Positions 48,343-58,277 of a stretch of DNA of 64,000 nt are shown one piece after another. Each line of letters opens with the position of its first letter. The stretch's first letter is position 1. Location: positions 1 through 64,000 of IMG/VR virus record IMGVR_UViG_3300008113_000012; one strand, written 5' to 3'. The position numbers and the translations under genes were made by a program. This DNA comes from a virus. Below the pieces are notes generated by a model that saw nothing but the letters and a program-made list of their open reading frames with translations, did no database searches and was not told the DNA's origin.

Positions 48343-51300
48343 ATGGCAAATGCATTAGGTAGAATTTCTGGTCAACTTTTAAAAGATAATCTAACCCGCA
48401 GCGGCAATGATTTAAAGTTTGACGAGTTTGGATCAACTGATCCGTTACTAAACCTTAATGTTACTGGACGTTATATTAGTGTCAACTCAGACACTACATT
48501 TAGACCGCTGTTTGTTAACGGCAAAACATTTACATCTAATTTAATATCTTTAGACGGACTGCAAGGCTCTTCAAATTTAAAATTAAGTGTCAACGGAAAT
48601 ACAATTGTATCAATACAAGATTTAAATCTTTTTGCAGCTACGCAAGTAAATGCAAACATTATTGATACTGATAACATTCGTATCGACGGCAATGTTATAT
48701 CAACTAAGACTCTTAATACAGTATTAGATATCACCCCAGCTGGCTCATTAGACATTTACAACAAGCTAAATGTTACAGGTAATCTATGGGCAAAAGAAAC
48801 AGCTCCAGGTAACGGTACAGGTAGAATTACTCTAGATGGTAATATTACTTTTGGAAGTGATGGCGCAGATACTATAAGTTTTGCCGCTGATATTAATACA
48901 GATATTAATCCAAATGTAGACGAATTATATAGTATAGGATCTACATCTCAAAAATGGGAAGGACTATATACAGCATTAATCAACGGCCAGCAAGTTTCAT
49001 CTACTAGCATTGCATCTGGCGGAATTGATTTAGCATCTAGACAAGGTAAAATTTGGTACGTAGCTTCCAATGGATTAGACACTAATGTTGGCGATCATCA
49101 GAACGGTGCATTTGCCACCATCAGAGAAGCACTATTAAACGCAACTGCTGGCGATACCGTTTATATCTATCCAGGCACTTATACTGAGATAACCCCGTTA
49201 ACTATTCCTGTAGGAGTTACAGTTAAAGGTACAGGCATTAGATCAGTCACAGTAGTTCCAGATGCAACAACTGACACTGAAACAGTATTTTTAATAAACG
49301 GTGAGTCAACTATTAGCGACTTAACTGTTAAAGATTTTTATGCACCAGGTTATGCATTTGCATTTGCTCCGGGATTTACAGTAACAAGTCGCAGCCCGTA
49401 TGTACAAAACATAACTGTAATTACCAAAGGTAGTGTAATATCACCAAGTGATCCAAGAGGTTTTGATGAAGGAGATGCTGGTGGCGGTGCCCGTGTTGAT
49501 GGTAGTCTAGCAACAGCATCTAGCAAAGAAGCTAGTATGTTATTCCACAGCGTGACATTTATTACACCAGGTGTAGATGCGCTGGTAATGACTAACGGTG
49601 TACGTGTTGAATGGCTTAACTCTTTTAGTTACTTTGCTAACAGAGGAATATATGCTACACAAGGCACACTTGGACTTGCAAGTTTAGGTGTTAGATTTGG
49701 TGCTGAAATTCGAAGCATTGGATCTGCTAACGTATATGGTAACTACGGAGCCGAAGCTAACGGCGCAAGTACATTAATGTATTTGATACAGCACAACTTT
49801 GCCTATATTGGTGCAGGCAAAGATGTTACTAATGATCCAAGTTTAAATATTGCTGCTAATGAAACAGTTGAACTTGCAGCAGGTAAAATCTATTATCAAA
49901 GTTTAGACAACAAGGGTAATTTTAAAGTTGGAGATGCTTTTGGAGTTAGTTTTGATACTGGGCGTGTTACTATTAGCGGAGTGTCTGTCTCAGCTGGCGG
50001 AGTAACATCAATTAATTTTGCCGCAGGAACTGACGAAACTGTTATCGACGCTACACAAGTAACTGTTAACAATGTTACATTTAGCGATAATCTTATATCA
50101 ACACTATCAGGTCCTGTTAATTTAGATAGCGGTACTGGTGAAATTAAATTAAATGCCAATACAGATGTAACAGACAATTTAATTATTGATGGTAATTTTA
50201 ATATAGATGGACAATTAACAATCGGTAATGCGTACATTGATATCGTTAGATTTGAAGCACCTGTTGAATTTGATCTACGCCCAGTAACAGATGATGACTA
50301 CACACTCGGCGGTCCTACAAACAAAAGTTGGGATTTTGTTTATCTTGATACATCGTATATTGGCAGCTACAAGTTAGAAAATGCAACTATTTCTACACTG
50401 CCTACTAATGCAGATGTTGAACTAAGAGCAGATACTACTGGTAAGATTTATGTTCCTACTAATAATGTAGAGTTCGATAATGACTTAACAGTTGATACTA
50501 CTACTGCTTTAAAACTTACAATAGTTACAGGCGAGATAACGCAATACGGCGACTACTACCAAACTGGAAATACTCTACAAACCGGCAATCGTGAAATAAC
50601 TAACACTCTAGATGTAACAAATAACATTTATTTTGACAATATAAACATTGTTGATAATAGAATTTTTACAACTAATTTAAATGATAGTCTAGAGCTAAGA
50701 GCGGCTGGCACAACTGGCAAAGTTATCTTCAATGAAATAACAGAGTTTAGCCAAAATGCACTATTTGGAACATTAGAATCTAATGGTTTAGGCAACTCTG
50801 GTACTATTACTTCTGATATATTCTCAGACAGTGATATAGAAATTAACGACAACTATATTACCACTACAGTTGGTAATAACGATCTTAGACTAGTTCCTAA
50901 CGGCATTGGAAAATTATTGTTGCCTTTAGATCCTTTAGCAATTGATCAAGCATTAACAGTAGAAGATACATCTACGCTAAAGAGCGTTAACATGAACGGG
51001 AATTTAGTGCATGTTGGCACTACTAGTCAAACAGGAAATGTAACACAGACTGGTAATTTTGATTTATCTAATGACCTAACAGTAACAGGTACTAATGCGT
51101 TCTTTACTGATGTTCGTATAATTAACAATAGTATTGCTACTTCAACAGGTAATAATAATTTAGAGTTACGTGCTAACGGAACTGGTATTATTAACATTAC
51201 AGATTTTGCTGCATTTGGTCAAACATTAACAGTTAACGGTATAACTTCTACTACTACTCTTAGTACAGTAACTGGTACTATTACTTCAGATATTTTTACC

Positions 51301-52149
51301 GACAGCGATATTGAAATTAATGACAACTATATTACCACTACAGTTGGTAATAATAATTTAATACTAACTGCAAACGGAACAGGCGGCCTAAGGTTAGAAA
51401 AACTTAAATTCAATGCAGGAACACTCAGTACAGAAAGCAATAATGACAGTATTATTTTATCAATACCTGCAGGCAATTTACTAATTGACAGTGCAACTGC
51501 ATTAAAAATTCCTGTTGGAACTACTGTAAATCGTCCTACGCTAACACAAGGTGAATTGAGATTTGACACGACTGATAATTTGTTTAGAGGATACAGTGCA
51601 TCTACAGTTACCTTTGCAGGTGTGTATTCTGCAGATAGATTAACAAAAGTTTTGGCTCATCCAACTAATAACACTATAGGATTTACTACTAATAATAGTA
51701 CATCAATGACTGTTAGCTCTACTGGATTTAATATTAATGCCTTAGCTGTAGATAACTTGTTATTTAACAACAGTACAATTTCTTCAACAGCTACAAACAC
51801 AAACATTACTTTAAATTCAAACGGCACTGGCTATGTTAAAATTGGAGATATAGCATTAGAAACAAACGAGTTTCTAAACTTAAATGCAACTAATCCATTA
51901 ATATTACAAAATACTGGAGCAGGTTATATCAAATTTGCTGGCACATATGGACTAGCAATTCCTTCAGGTGATATTAATTCTAGACCACTATCACCTGAAA
52001 CAGGAGACTTACGTTGGAACACTGAACTAAGTGAAGCAGAAGTGTTTAACGGAGTAAACTATCAAGCTCTGTCAGGTAGTGGTGGAGATCTTCTTAGCGC
52101 AGAAGAAGTACAAGAAGCAACTAATCTTTGGGCCCTTGTACTAGGCTAA
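48343..52149 (+). CDS. Long tail-fibre/spike protein with beta-helix (pectin-lyase-like) segment
   Basis: WYVASNGLD...FATIREAL..A..GDTVYIYPGTYTE, RSPYVQN, repeated N.I.T...N.DL.L...GTG units, two P.G....RP...G.LR(F/W) modules; CTAAATA at 48319-48325. Confidence 0.8.
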   Translation: MANALGRISGQLLKDNLTRSGNDLKFDEFGSTDPLLNLNVTGRYISVNSDTTFRPLFVNGKTFTSNLISLDGLQGSSNLKLSVNGNTIVSIQDLNLFAATQVNANIIDTDNIRIDGNVISTKTLNTVLDITPAGSLDIYNKLNVTGNLWAKETAPGNGTGRITLDGNITFGSDGADTISFAADINTDINPNVDELYSIGSTSQKWEGLYTALINGQQVSSTSIASGGIDLASRQGKIWYVASNGLDTNVGDHQNGAFATIREALLNATAGDTVYIYPGTYTEITPLTIPVGVTVKGTGIRSVTVVPDATTDTETVFLINGESTISDLTVKDFYAPGYAFAFAPGFTVTSRSPYVQNITVITKGSVISPSDPRGFDEGDAGGGARVDGSLATASSKEASMLFHSVTFITPGVDALVMTNGVRVEWLNSFSYFANRGIYATQGTLGLASLGVRFGAEIRSIGSANVYGNYGAEANGASTLMYLIQHNFAYIGAGKDVTNDPSLNIAANETVELAAGKIYYQSLDNKGNFKVGDAFGVSFDTGRVTISGVSVSAGGVTSINFAAGTDETVIDATQVTVNNVTFSDNLISTLSGPVNLDSGTGEIKLNANTDVTDNLIIDGNFNIDGQLTIGNAYIDIVRFEAPVEFDLRPVTDDDYTLGGPTNKSWDFVYLDTSYIGSYKLENATISTLPTNADVELRADTTGKIYVPTNNVEFDNDLTVDTTTALKLTIVTGEITQYGDYYQTGNTLQTGNREITNTLDVTNNIYFDNINIVDNRIFTTNLNDSLELRAAGTTGKVIFNEITEFSQNALFGTLESNGLGNSGTITSDIFSDSDIEINDNYITTTVGNNDLRLVPNGIGKLLLPLDPLAIDQALTVEDTSTLKSVNMNGNLVHVGTTSQTGNVTQTGNFDLSNDLTVTGTNAFFTDVRIINNSIATSTGNNNLELRANGTGIINITDFAAFGQTLTVNGITSTTTLSTVTGTITSDIFTDSDIEINDNYITTTVGNNNLILTANGTGGLRLEKLKFNAGTLSTESNNDSIILSIPAGNLLIDSATALKIPVGTTVNRPTLTQGELRFDTTDNLFRGYSASTVTFAGVYSADRLTKVLAHPTNNTIGFTTNNSTSMTVSSTGFNINALAVDNLLFNNSTISSTATNTNITLNSNGTGYVKIGDIALETNEFLNLNATNPLILQNTGAGYIKFAGTYGLAIPSGDINSRPLSPETGDLRWNTELSEAEVFNGVNYQALSGSGGDLLSAEEVQEATNLWALVLG
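50848..51353 (+). repeat. 32-bp exact direct repeat within a longer intragenic duplication
   Basis: GACAACTATATTACCACTACAGTTGGTAATAA at 50848-50879 and 51322-51353; both copies encode part of GTITSDIFxDSDIEINDNYITTTVGNN. Confidence 0.85.
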
Positions 52150-52161
52150 AACTCAAAACGG

Positions 52162-52295
52162 CTAAATACTACTGATTACAAGAAATGGCATTTCTTGTAT
52201 GGTTAAACTGTGGTAAACCAGCAAAGAGCCCTCAGGGATGCAGACTCAAGTCTAAACTAGGTTAACCGTGAAACACGGGGTCTAAAGGAGCGCAC
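52162..52295 (+). promoter_or_regulatory. Late promoter CTAAATA plus structured 5' leader of about 120 nt
   Basis: TACAAGAAAT/ATTTCTTGTA, TGG-TAAA-CCA, AGAC-TCAA-GTCT, CCGTG-AAA-CACGG, long-range GGTTAA/TTAACC, then AAGGAG SD. Confidence 0.55.
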
Positions 52296-55200
52296 ATGAG
52301 CCAGCTTGGTCGAATTTCCGGTCAACTTTTAAAAGATAACCTAACCCGCAACGGCCATGACTTAACGTTTGATGCAACTGATGCACACCCAGAAGGCTTA
52401 CTCCATTTAGACGTTAATAATCGTAGAGTTGGTATTAAAACACTTACTCCTGATCACGAACTAGACGTAAACGGTACAACAAGAACAACAGATTTAGAAG
52501 TTACAAATCAAGCAGTGCTTGATGACTTAACATTTTCTACAGACACTATTACTAGCGGTACAGGCACGTTAAATTTAACCAACGGTACAGGCGATCAAAT
52601 TAACTATCAAGCAAAACTAGTAGTTGACAATGTTGAACTTGAAAACAACGTAATTAGAACTAATAGTGCTGCAAATTTAGAACTCCGTCCAAACGGCACA
52701 GGAACTGTTGATGTCTACGCAGATACAAACATCTACGGTGATGTTTACGTATCTGGTAATATTCGTGCGGATGGTAATATTACAGTTGGTGATGCTAATA
52801 CAGACAATATTACAATTAATGCAGATGTTGCAAGTGATATTATTCCAAATACCGATATTACATACAAGCTAGGTAACGGCGGAACTAGTTATATAGAAGG
52901 TGTAGAATTTACACTAGGTGATGTTACTTTAACTGTTAGCGGAACAGGAACAACTGTTGTGTTGTCTATACCAGCAGCTGGTCCAACTTGGATTAATACA
53001 TTAGTTGCACATACTACCGGTAAATCATATCAAATAGTTTTAGACAACGAGCCAGGCAGCTATTCTCTAGTTACATTAGGATCGTGGACTGGAACTAATC
53101 CACAAACAGTATCAACTAGTAACGACGGATTAATAGATGGCGTTTACAATGTTGCGTCAATTAGATTTGATCAAAAACGTTGGTTAGACTTATGGGTTAA
53201 AAATGTTTATACAGATGCAGTAGTATCTGGAGACATTACCATTGACGGAATCAATTTAAATTCTACACAGGGTAAAATTTATTATGTTGCTACAAACGGT
53301 TCAGATTCTAATGCAGGCGAACATCAAAATGATCCGTTTGCCACAGTTAAGAAAGCTCTAAGTGTAGCAACTAGTGACGATGCTGTTTACATTTATCCAG
53401 GAACCTATACCGAAATATTTCCGTTAACTGTTCCTGTAGGAGTAGATCTTAGAGGCGCTGGAATACGTTCAGTAAAGATTACTCCAACTACTGCAACTCG
53501 CTATAACGATGCGTTTTTAATTAATGGCGAATCAACAGTTGAAGACATTACCATTGCTGATTTCTTCAGCGGCGGAAATTATTTTACAGTAACAGCAGCT
53601 AGTCTAAACTCAACAACAGTTAATGTTGGAACAGCACCATACGCTCACACATATGTAAGTGGCGGAACTATTAACATTGGCGGAACAGATTACACAATTA
53701 CAAATGCTGTTTACACACATACAACTGGAGTTTTAGTACTAACTCATACTGGCGGTACAGCAACTCCGACTACTACAGTATTTTTATCTAATCTAACATT
53801 CAGCTGCAATGGTGGCGAAAGAGTATTTCCAGACAACGGATATGCATTCCGCTTTGCAACAGACTTTGCAGTTACAAGTCGTAGTCCATACATTAGAAAC
53901 ATAACTGTATTAACTAAGGGTAGTGTTACTAGCTTATCAGATCCATTAGGCTACAACGAAGGTGATGCTGGTAAAGGTGCGTACATTGACGGTGCTTATG
54001 CAACTGCATTGAGTAAAGAAGCGTCAATGCTATTCCACAGTGTGACATTCATCTGTCCGGGTGTTGATGTAATTGTTGCTACTAACGGCACTCGAGTAGA
54101 ATGGCTAAACTCGTTCACTTACTATGCAAATCGCAGTATGTATTTGTACAGCAGCAACGATGGATTTGCTGGCGCAGGTTTAACTAGATTAAAACTACCA
54201 GTAGCTACTCGAACAGGCACCTGGGCAGTAGGCAATACTGTTAGCTATTATGATACCAATGGAACTACCGTATTAACTTCAGGTACTGTTACTAGCGTTG
54301 ACGGTGACTGGGTTAACTTAACAGGAAGAGTACAAGGATTTTTAATTCCAGATGATCGTGCTCCTAAGACTGTAACACTAAACGGTGATGCAAAATTAAG
54401 CACTGCACAGAAAAAGTTTGGTACAGCAAGTCTTGTATTAGATGGCACTGGTGATTTTATCACATTAAGCAGTCAAGTTGACTTCGGCTACGGAACTGGT
54501 GATTTTACTATTGAGTTTTTCTGGAGACCTACTGCCATTGGAGTAGCTCAAGTTTTATTAGATTGTAGAACAGCAACTAACGATACTGCATTGTACTTGG
54601 AAATGAATGCTGCTGGCAATGTTAGATTATTTGTTAGCAATGCATATCGAATAACATCATCTGTAGTTTGTACAGCAGGAACATTTAATCACATAGCGTT
54701 ATTCAGAACTGGAGGCACTACTAAGTTAGCAGTTAACGGAACTATCACTCCAACAACATTTGCTGATGCTACAGACTATCCAGCAAGACCATTTAGACTA
54801 GGAGCCACTTGGGTAGGAACTGCTCCATGCACAGGATATTTTGACGAACTGCGTGTAGTAAAAGGTGTAACCAAATATACTACTACCGTTACTGTTCCTA
54901 CAATACCATTCTTAGCTGACACATCAACAGTTCTATTATTGCACTTTAACGGATTAAACAACAGTACAAACGTTGTTGACGACGGTGTTACGTTTGTTGA
55001 TATCCGCAGTTCAGCAGGCGGCGCAACTACAGACCTAGCTGTCGCAGACTATTCAGACTTTGGTGTTGAACTACGCTCAATTGGTTCAGCTGCTGTCTAC
55101 GGTAACTACGGTATCTACGGTGACGGTGCTGGTGTTATTGCTTACCTAATTGGACAAAACTTAGCCTACATTGGTAACGGCAAAGAGACTACAAACGATC

Positions 55201-57536
55201 CTACTACTGTTATACAAGCTAACGAAGTTGTTGAACTTGATAATGCCAAGATTTTCTATAACAGTGTGGACCACAAAGGTGATTTCCGTATCGGAGATTT
55301 ATTCTACGTTAATCAAGCTACAGGTGAAGTTAGCTTTACAAACTCGGCAGTTAGTATTGGCACAAGCCTGACATTTGACGACGGCGGCGGCAACATTACT
55401 TACATCGATGCTACTAAAATTGAAACCGGTGATTTTAGAATCAGCGATAACACAATTGAAACATTAAGTTTAGATTTCAATGTTGATTCTGCGACTAATC
55501 AAATTAACCTACAGAGTAATGTTACTGTAACTGGCAACTTAGATGTTACAGGCGATGTTACCGTTGGCGGCAATGTTACAATTGGTAACGAGTCAACTGA
55601 CACTGTGCAATTTGTTGCCGGAGTTGACAGTGATATTTTACCTGCATTACCTAGTACATATGATTTAGGTACCCCTACAGAACGTTGGAGTACATTATAT
55701 TCTACAACGTTAATTAATGCTAACATTCAAATTAGCACTAATGTTATTACAACTACTGATTCTAATTTAGATTTAACTTTACAAGCTAACGGCACAGGAC
55801 GCATCTATGTACCTGCTAACAATGTTGAAATTACTAACAATCTAACAGTCAACGGAACTACAAATCTAGCAACAACCAACATTGGTGTAGTTGGTACCCC
55901 TGCGACTGTTACACACGTAGGCGGAGTAACTCAAACTGGAGACTTGTTCCAAACTGGTAACACTGAAATTACTGGAACATTAACTGTTGGGTCAACTGCA
56001 CAGTTTGAAGACATACAAATAGATAATAATATTATTACTACTACAATTGGTAATAATAATTTAGTATTAGAAGCTGCTGGTACAGGTAAGATTATTGTTC
56101 CTTTAGATAATGCTGAGGTAACAGGCACACTTACAGTAACAGGAACAACTAGTACTACTACAATTAACAACTCTGGTACTGTTACTTCTACTATTTTTAC
56201 TACTGGTAATTTAAGAATTACCACAAATAATATTACCACAACTGTAGCTGATACTGATCTAGTTTTAGAAGCAAGTGGTACCGGACGTATATATGTTCCA
56301 AGTAATGATGTTACACTAGGTAAAACACTAACTGTCACAGGCTTAACAACTCTAGTTGATACTGGTATTACTGGAACACTAACACATATTGGTGCAACTA
56401 CACGAACAGGCGACGTTAATCAAACTGGCAACTATGTATTAACTGGAAACTTAACAGTATCAAACATTGCACAGTTCAAAGATGTTAACATTACCAACAA
56501 TGTAATCACAACAACTTTAACTAACAGCAATTTATTATTAGGTGCAGCCGGAACTGGAATTATTTCTGTACCTACTAACAACGTTACAATTGATAACAAT
56601 CTAACCGTTACAGGAACAACATTCACAGCCAATATTAATAACAGCGGAACAGTTACAGCTGGAACATTCAGCACTGGCAATATTAGTATAAATGGTAATA
56701 CTATCCAGACTACTTCTACTAATAGTAATTTACAATTGCAAGCCGCTGGCACTGGATTTATTGAACTTGAACAATTTGATGTACAAGAAAATGAATTAAG
56801 AATTAACAGCGGCACTGATATGACTATTGCGCCAAACGGCACAGGTATAGTTAATATCAATTCTACACAGAGTATTAAGTTACCAGTTGGTGCTACAGGA
56901 GATCGCCCTACACCAGTAACTGGTATGATTCGTTTCAATAATTCATTGAATAGATACGAAGGATACGATGGTGCTAATTGGATTAGACTAGACGGTGTTA
57001 GTGACAGTGACGGTAATACCTATATTACAGCTGAACTAACACCTGGTGCAAACGATAACACTATTAGATTCGTCATCGATGGAACACAGGTTGCAGATTT
57101 AACATCAACAAGATTAGATGTTATTAACGTAGATGTTGATAGTATTAACATTAATAATAATACTATTTCTACAACTACTACAAACACTGATTTGATCATA
57201 GCACCTAACGGTACCGGTGCACTAAGAATTGGGAACTTTGCCTTTCGTAGTAACTTGATCACAAATACTGTAAATAACAGTATCACATCATTTAATCAGA
57301 CCGGTGACGGTTACGTTAAAATTAACAGCACTGGTGGATTTGTTATTCCTGTTGGTGAAACAGGACAACGCCCTGCACTATTTGAAGTTGGTATGATGCG
57401 CTACAACACAACAGATCAACGTGTTGAAATTTGGGACGGCGCTTTATGGGTAGGCGCAGGACAAGGCGCAGGCGGCGGAGTAACAGCTAACGAAGCACAA
57501 GACATTGGTATTGTTAGTGCAATTATATTTGGATAA
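52296..57536 (+). CDS. Long tail-fibre/spike protein, paralog of 48343..52149, with an inserted LamG/ConA-like domain
   Basis: Same GRISGQLLKDNLTR start and beta-helix; extra KFGTASLVLDGTGDF..GTGDFTIEFF..GYFDELRVVKG..TVLLLHFNG domain. Confidence 0.8.
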   Translation: MSQLGRISGQLLKDNLTRNGHDLTFDATDAHPEGLLHLDVNNRRVGIKTLTPDHELDVNGTTRTTDLEVTNQAVLDDLTFSTDTITSGTGTLNLTNGTGDQINYQAKLVVDNVELENNVIRTNSAANLELRPNGTGTVDVYADTNIYGDVYVSGNIRADGNITVGDANTDNITINADVASDIIPNTDITYKLGNGGTSYIEGVEFTLGDVTLTVSGTGTTVVLSIPAAGPTWINTLVAHTTGKSYQIVLDNEPGSYSLVTLGSWTGTNPQTVSTSNDGLIDGVYNVASIRFDQKRWLDLWVKNVYTDAVVSGDITIDGINLNSTQGKIYYVATNGSDSNAGEHQNDPFATVKKALSVATSDDAVYIYPGTYTEIFPLTVPVGVDLRGAGIRSVKITPTTATRYNDAFLINGESTVEDITIADFFSGGNYFTVTAASLNSTTVNVGTAPYAHTYVSGGTINIGGTDYTITNAVYTHTTGVLVLTHTGGTATPTTTVFLSNLTFSCNGGERVFPDNGYAFRFATDFAVTSRSPYIRNITVLTKGSVTSLSDPLGYNEGDAGKGAYIDGAYATALSKEASMLFHSVTFICPGVDVIVATNGTRVEWLNSFTYYANRSMYLYSSNDGFAGAGLTRLKLPVATRTGTWAVGNTVSYYDTNGTTVLTSGTVTSVDGDWVNLTGRVQGFLIPDDRAPKTVTLNGDAKLSTAQKKFGTASLVLDGTGDFITLSSQVDFGYGTGDFTIEFFWRPTAIGVAQVLLDCRTATNDTALYLEMNAAGNVRLFVSNAYRITSSVVCTAGTFNHIALFRTGGTTKLAVNGTITPTTFADATDYPARPFRLGATWVGTAPCTGYFDELRVVKGVTKYTTTVTVPTIPFLADTSTVLLLHFNGLNNSTNVVDDGVTFVDIRSSAGGATTDLAVADYSDFGVELRSIGSAAVYGNYGIYGDGAGVIAYLIGQNLAYIGNGKETTNDPTTVIQANEVVELDNAKIFYNSVDHKGDFRIGDLFYVNQATGEVSFTNSAVSIGTSLTFDDGGGNITYIDATKIETGDFRISDNTIETLSLDFNVDSATNQINLQSNVTVTGNLDVTGDVTVGGNVTIGNESTDTVQFVAGVDSDILPALPSTYDLGTPTERWSTLYSTTLINANIQISTNVITTTDSNLDLTLQANGTGRIYVPANNVEITNNLTVNGTTNLATTNIGVVGTPATVTHVGGVTQTGDLFQTGNTEITGTLTVGSTAQFEDIQIDNNIITTTIGNNNLVLEAAGTGKIIVPLDNAEVTGTLTVTGTTSTTTINNSGTVTSTIFTTGNLRITTNNITTTVADTDLVLEASGTGRIYVPSNDVTLGKTLTVTGLTTLVDTGITGTLTHIGATTRTGDVNQTGNYVLTGNLTVSNIAQFKDVNITNNVITTTLTNSNLLLGAAGTGIISVPTNNVTIDNNLTVTGTTFTANINNSGTVTAGTFSTGNISINGNTIQTTSTNSNLQLQAAGTGFIELEQFDVQENELRINSGTDMTIAPNGTGIVNINSTQSIKLPVGATGDRPTPVTGMIRFNNSLNRYEGYDGANWIRLDGVSDSDGNTYITAELTPGANDNTIRFVIDGTQVADLTSTRLDVINVDVDSININNNTISTTTTNTDLIIAPNGTGALRIGNFAFRSNLITNTVNNSITSFNQTGDGYVKINSTGGFVIPVGETGQRPALFEVGMMRYNTTDQRVEIWDGALWVGAGQGAGGGVTANEAQDIGIVSAIIFG

Positions 57537-57541
57537 AGAAC

Positions 57542-57871
57542 ATGGCATCATTTTTTAGAAATAAGGTATTGAAGGATGTGGGCGTGACCCCAGTAACTGC
57601 ACTAACAACGGCAGCAAATACTCGTATGACTATCATCGGTATGAGTTTTGCTAACTTAACAGAAAGTATTGTACTGCTTGATGTAAAACTTACAGATGCT
57701 ACACCTACTACAGGTTACTATGCTAAACAAGTTTTAATACCTCCTAACTCTAGTTTAAGATTAGTAAATGGTGGTGAGAAATTAATTCTTGCAGAAAGTA
57801 ATTCATTAATTGTTAATGCAAATGTAGCAGCAGGATTAGATGTTATTATCAGCTACGTTGAATTAGTATAA
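57542..57871 (+). CDS. Small virion structural protein
   Basis: 109 aa; GGEKLIL..LDVIISYVE; paralog of 47242..47574. Confidence 0.6.
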   Translation: MASFFRNKVLKDVGVTPVTALTTAANTRMTIIGMSFANLTESIVLLDVKLTDATPTTGYYAKQVLIPPNSSLRLVNGGEKLILAESNSLIVNANVAAGLDVIISYVELV

Positions 57872-57881
57872 GGAACATATC

Positions 57882-58256
57882 ATGGCATATTACGTTGGAC
57901 AAAATAACAATTTAAATGAGATATTAGGGGAAGGAAATGCAAGATATTTTTATGCTTTGCGTAGAGACGACGATGGATTACTTTTCTTTGCAAAAATTGA
58001 TCAATTAATTGATGAAGATACTATTACTATTAACAATTCTGGACTAACAGAAGATGATTATACTGAATTTGAATACGGTGTTGACTTTTTTGACGGACGA
58101 TTAGAAGAAGACCACAGCAGACCCTATGCAAATTTGCAATGGGATCAATTTAGATGGGACAGCAAGAATGTGTATTATTATATAAACACTTCTGGAGAAC
58201 TAATTGTAAGAATAAATCAAGCGTACACTTATCCACCTGAATTAATTGTAAGCTAA
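57882..58256 (+). CDS. Hypothetical virion protein
   Basis: AAGGA SD; YFYALRRDDDGLL..QFRWD..YYYIN..GELIVRIN; lies within the fibre gene run. Confidence 0.6.
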   Translation: MAYYVGQNNNLNEILGEGNARYFYALRRDDDGLLFFAKIDQLIDEDTITINNSGLTEDDYTEFEYGVDFFDGRLEEDHSRPYANLQWDQFRWDSKNVYYYINTSGELIVRINQAYTYPPELIVS

Positions 58257-58277
58257 AAGACATAAGGAAAATTTAAA

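Noticed and set aside
52201-52280. Firm call of a c-di-GMP-I riboswitch
   Set aside because: Only scattered words match; the P2 stem, GNRA loop and receptor are not evident. Kept only as an unassigned structured leader.
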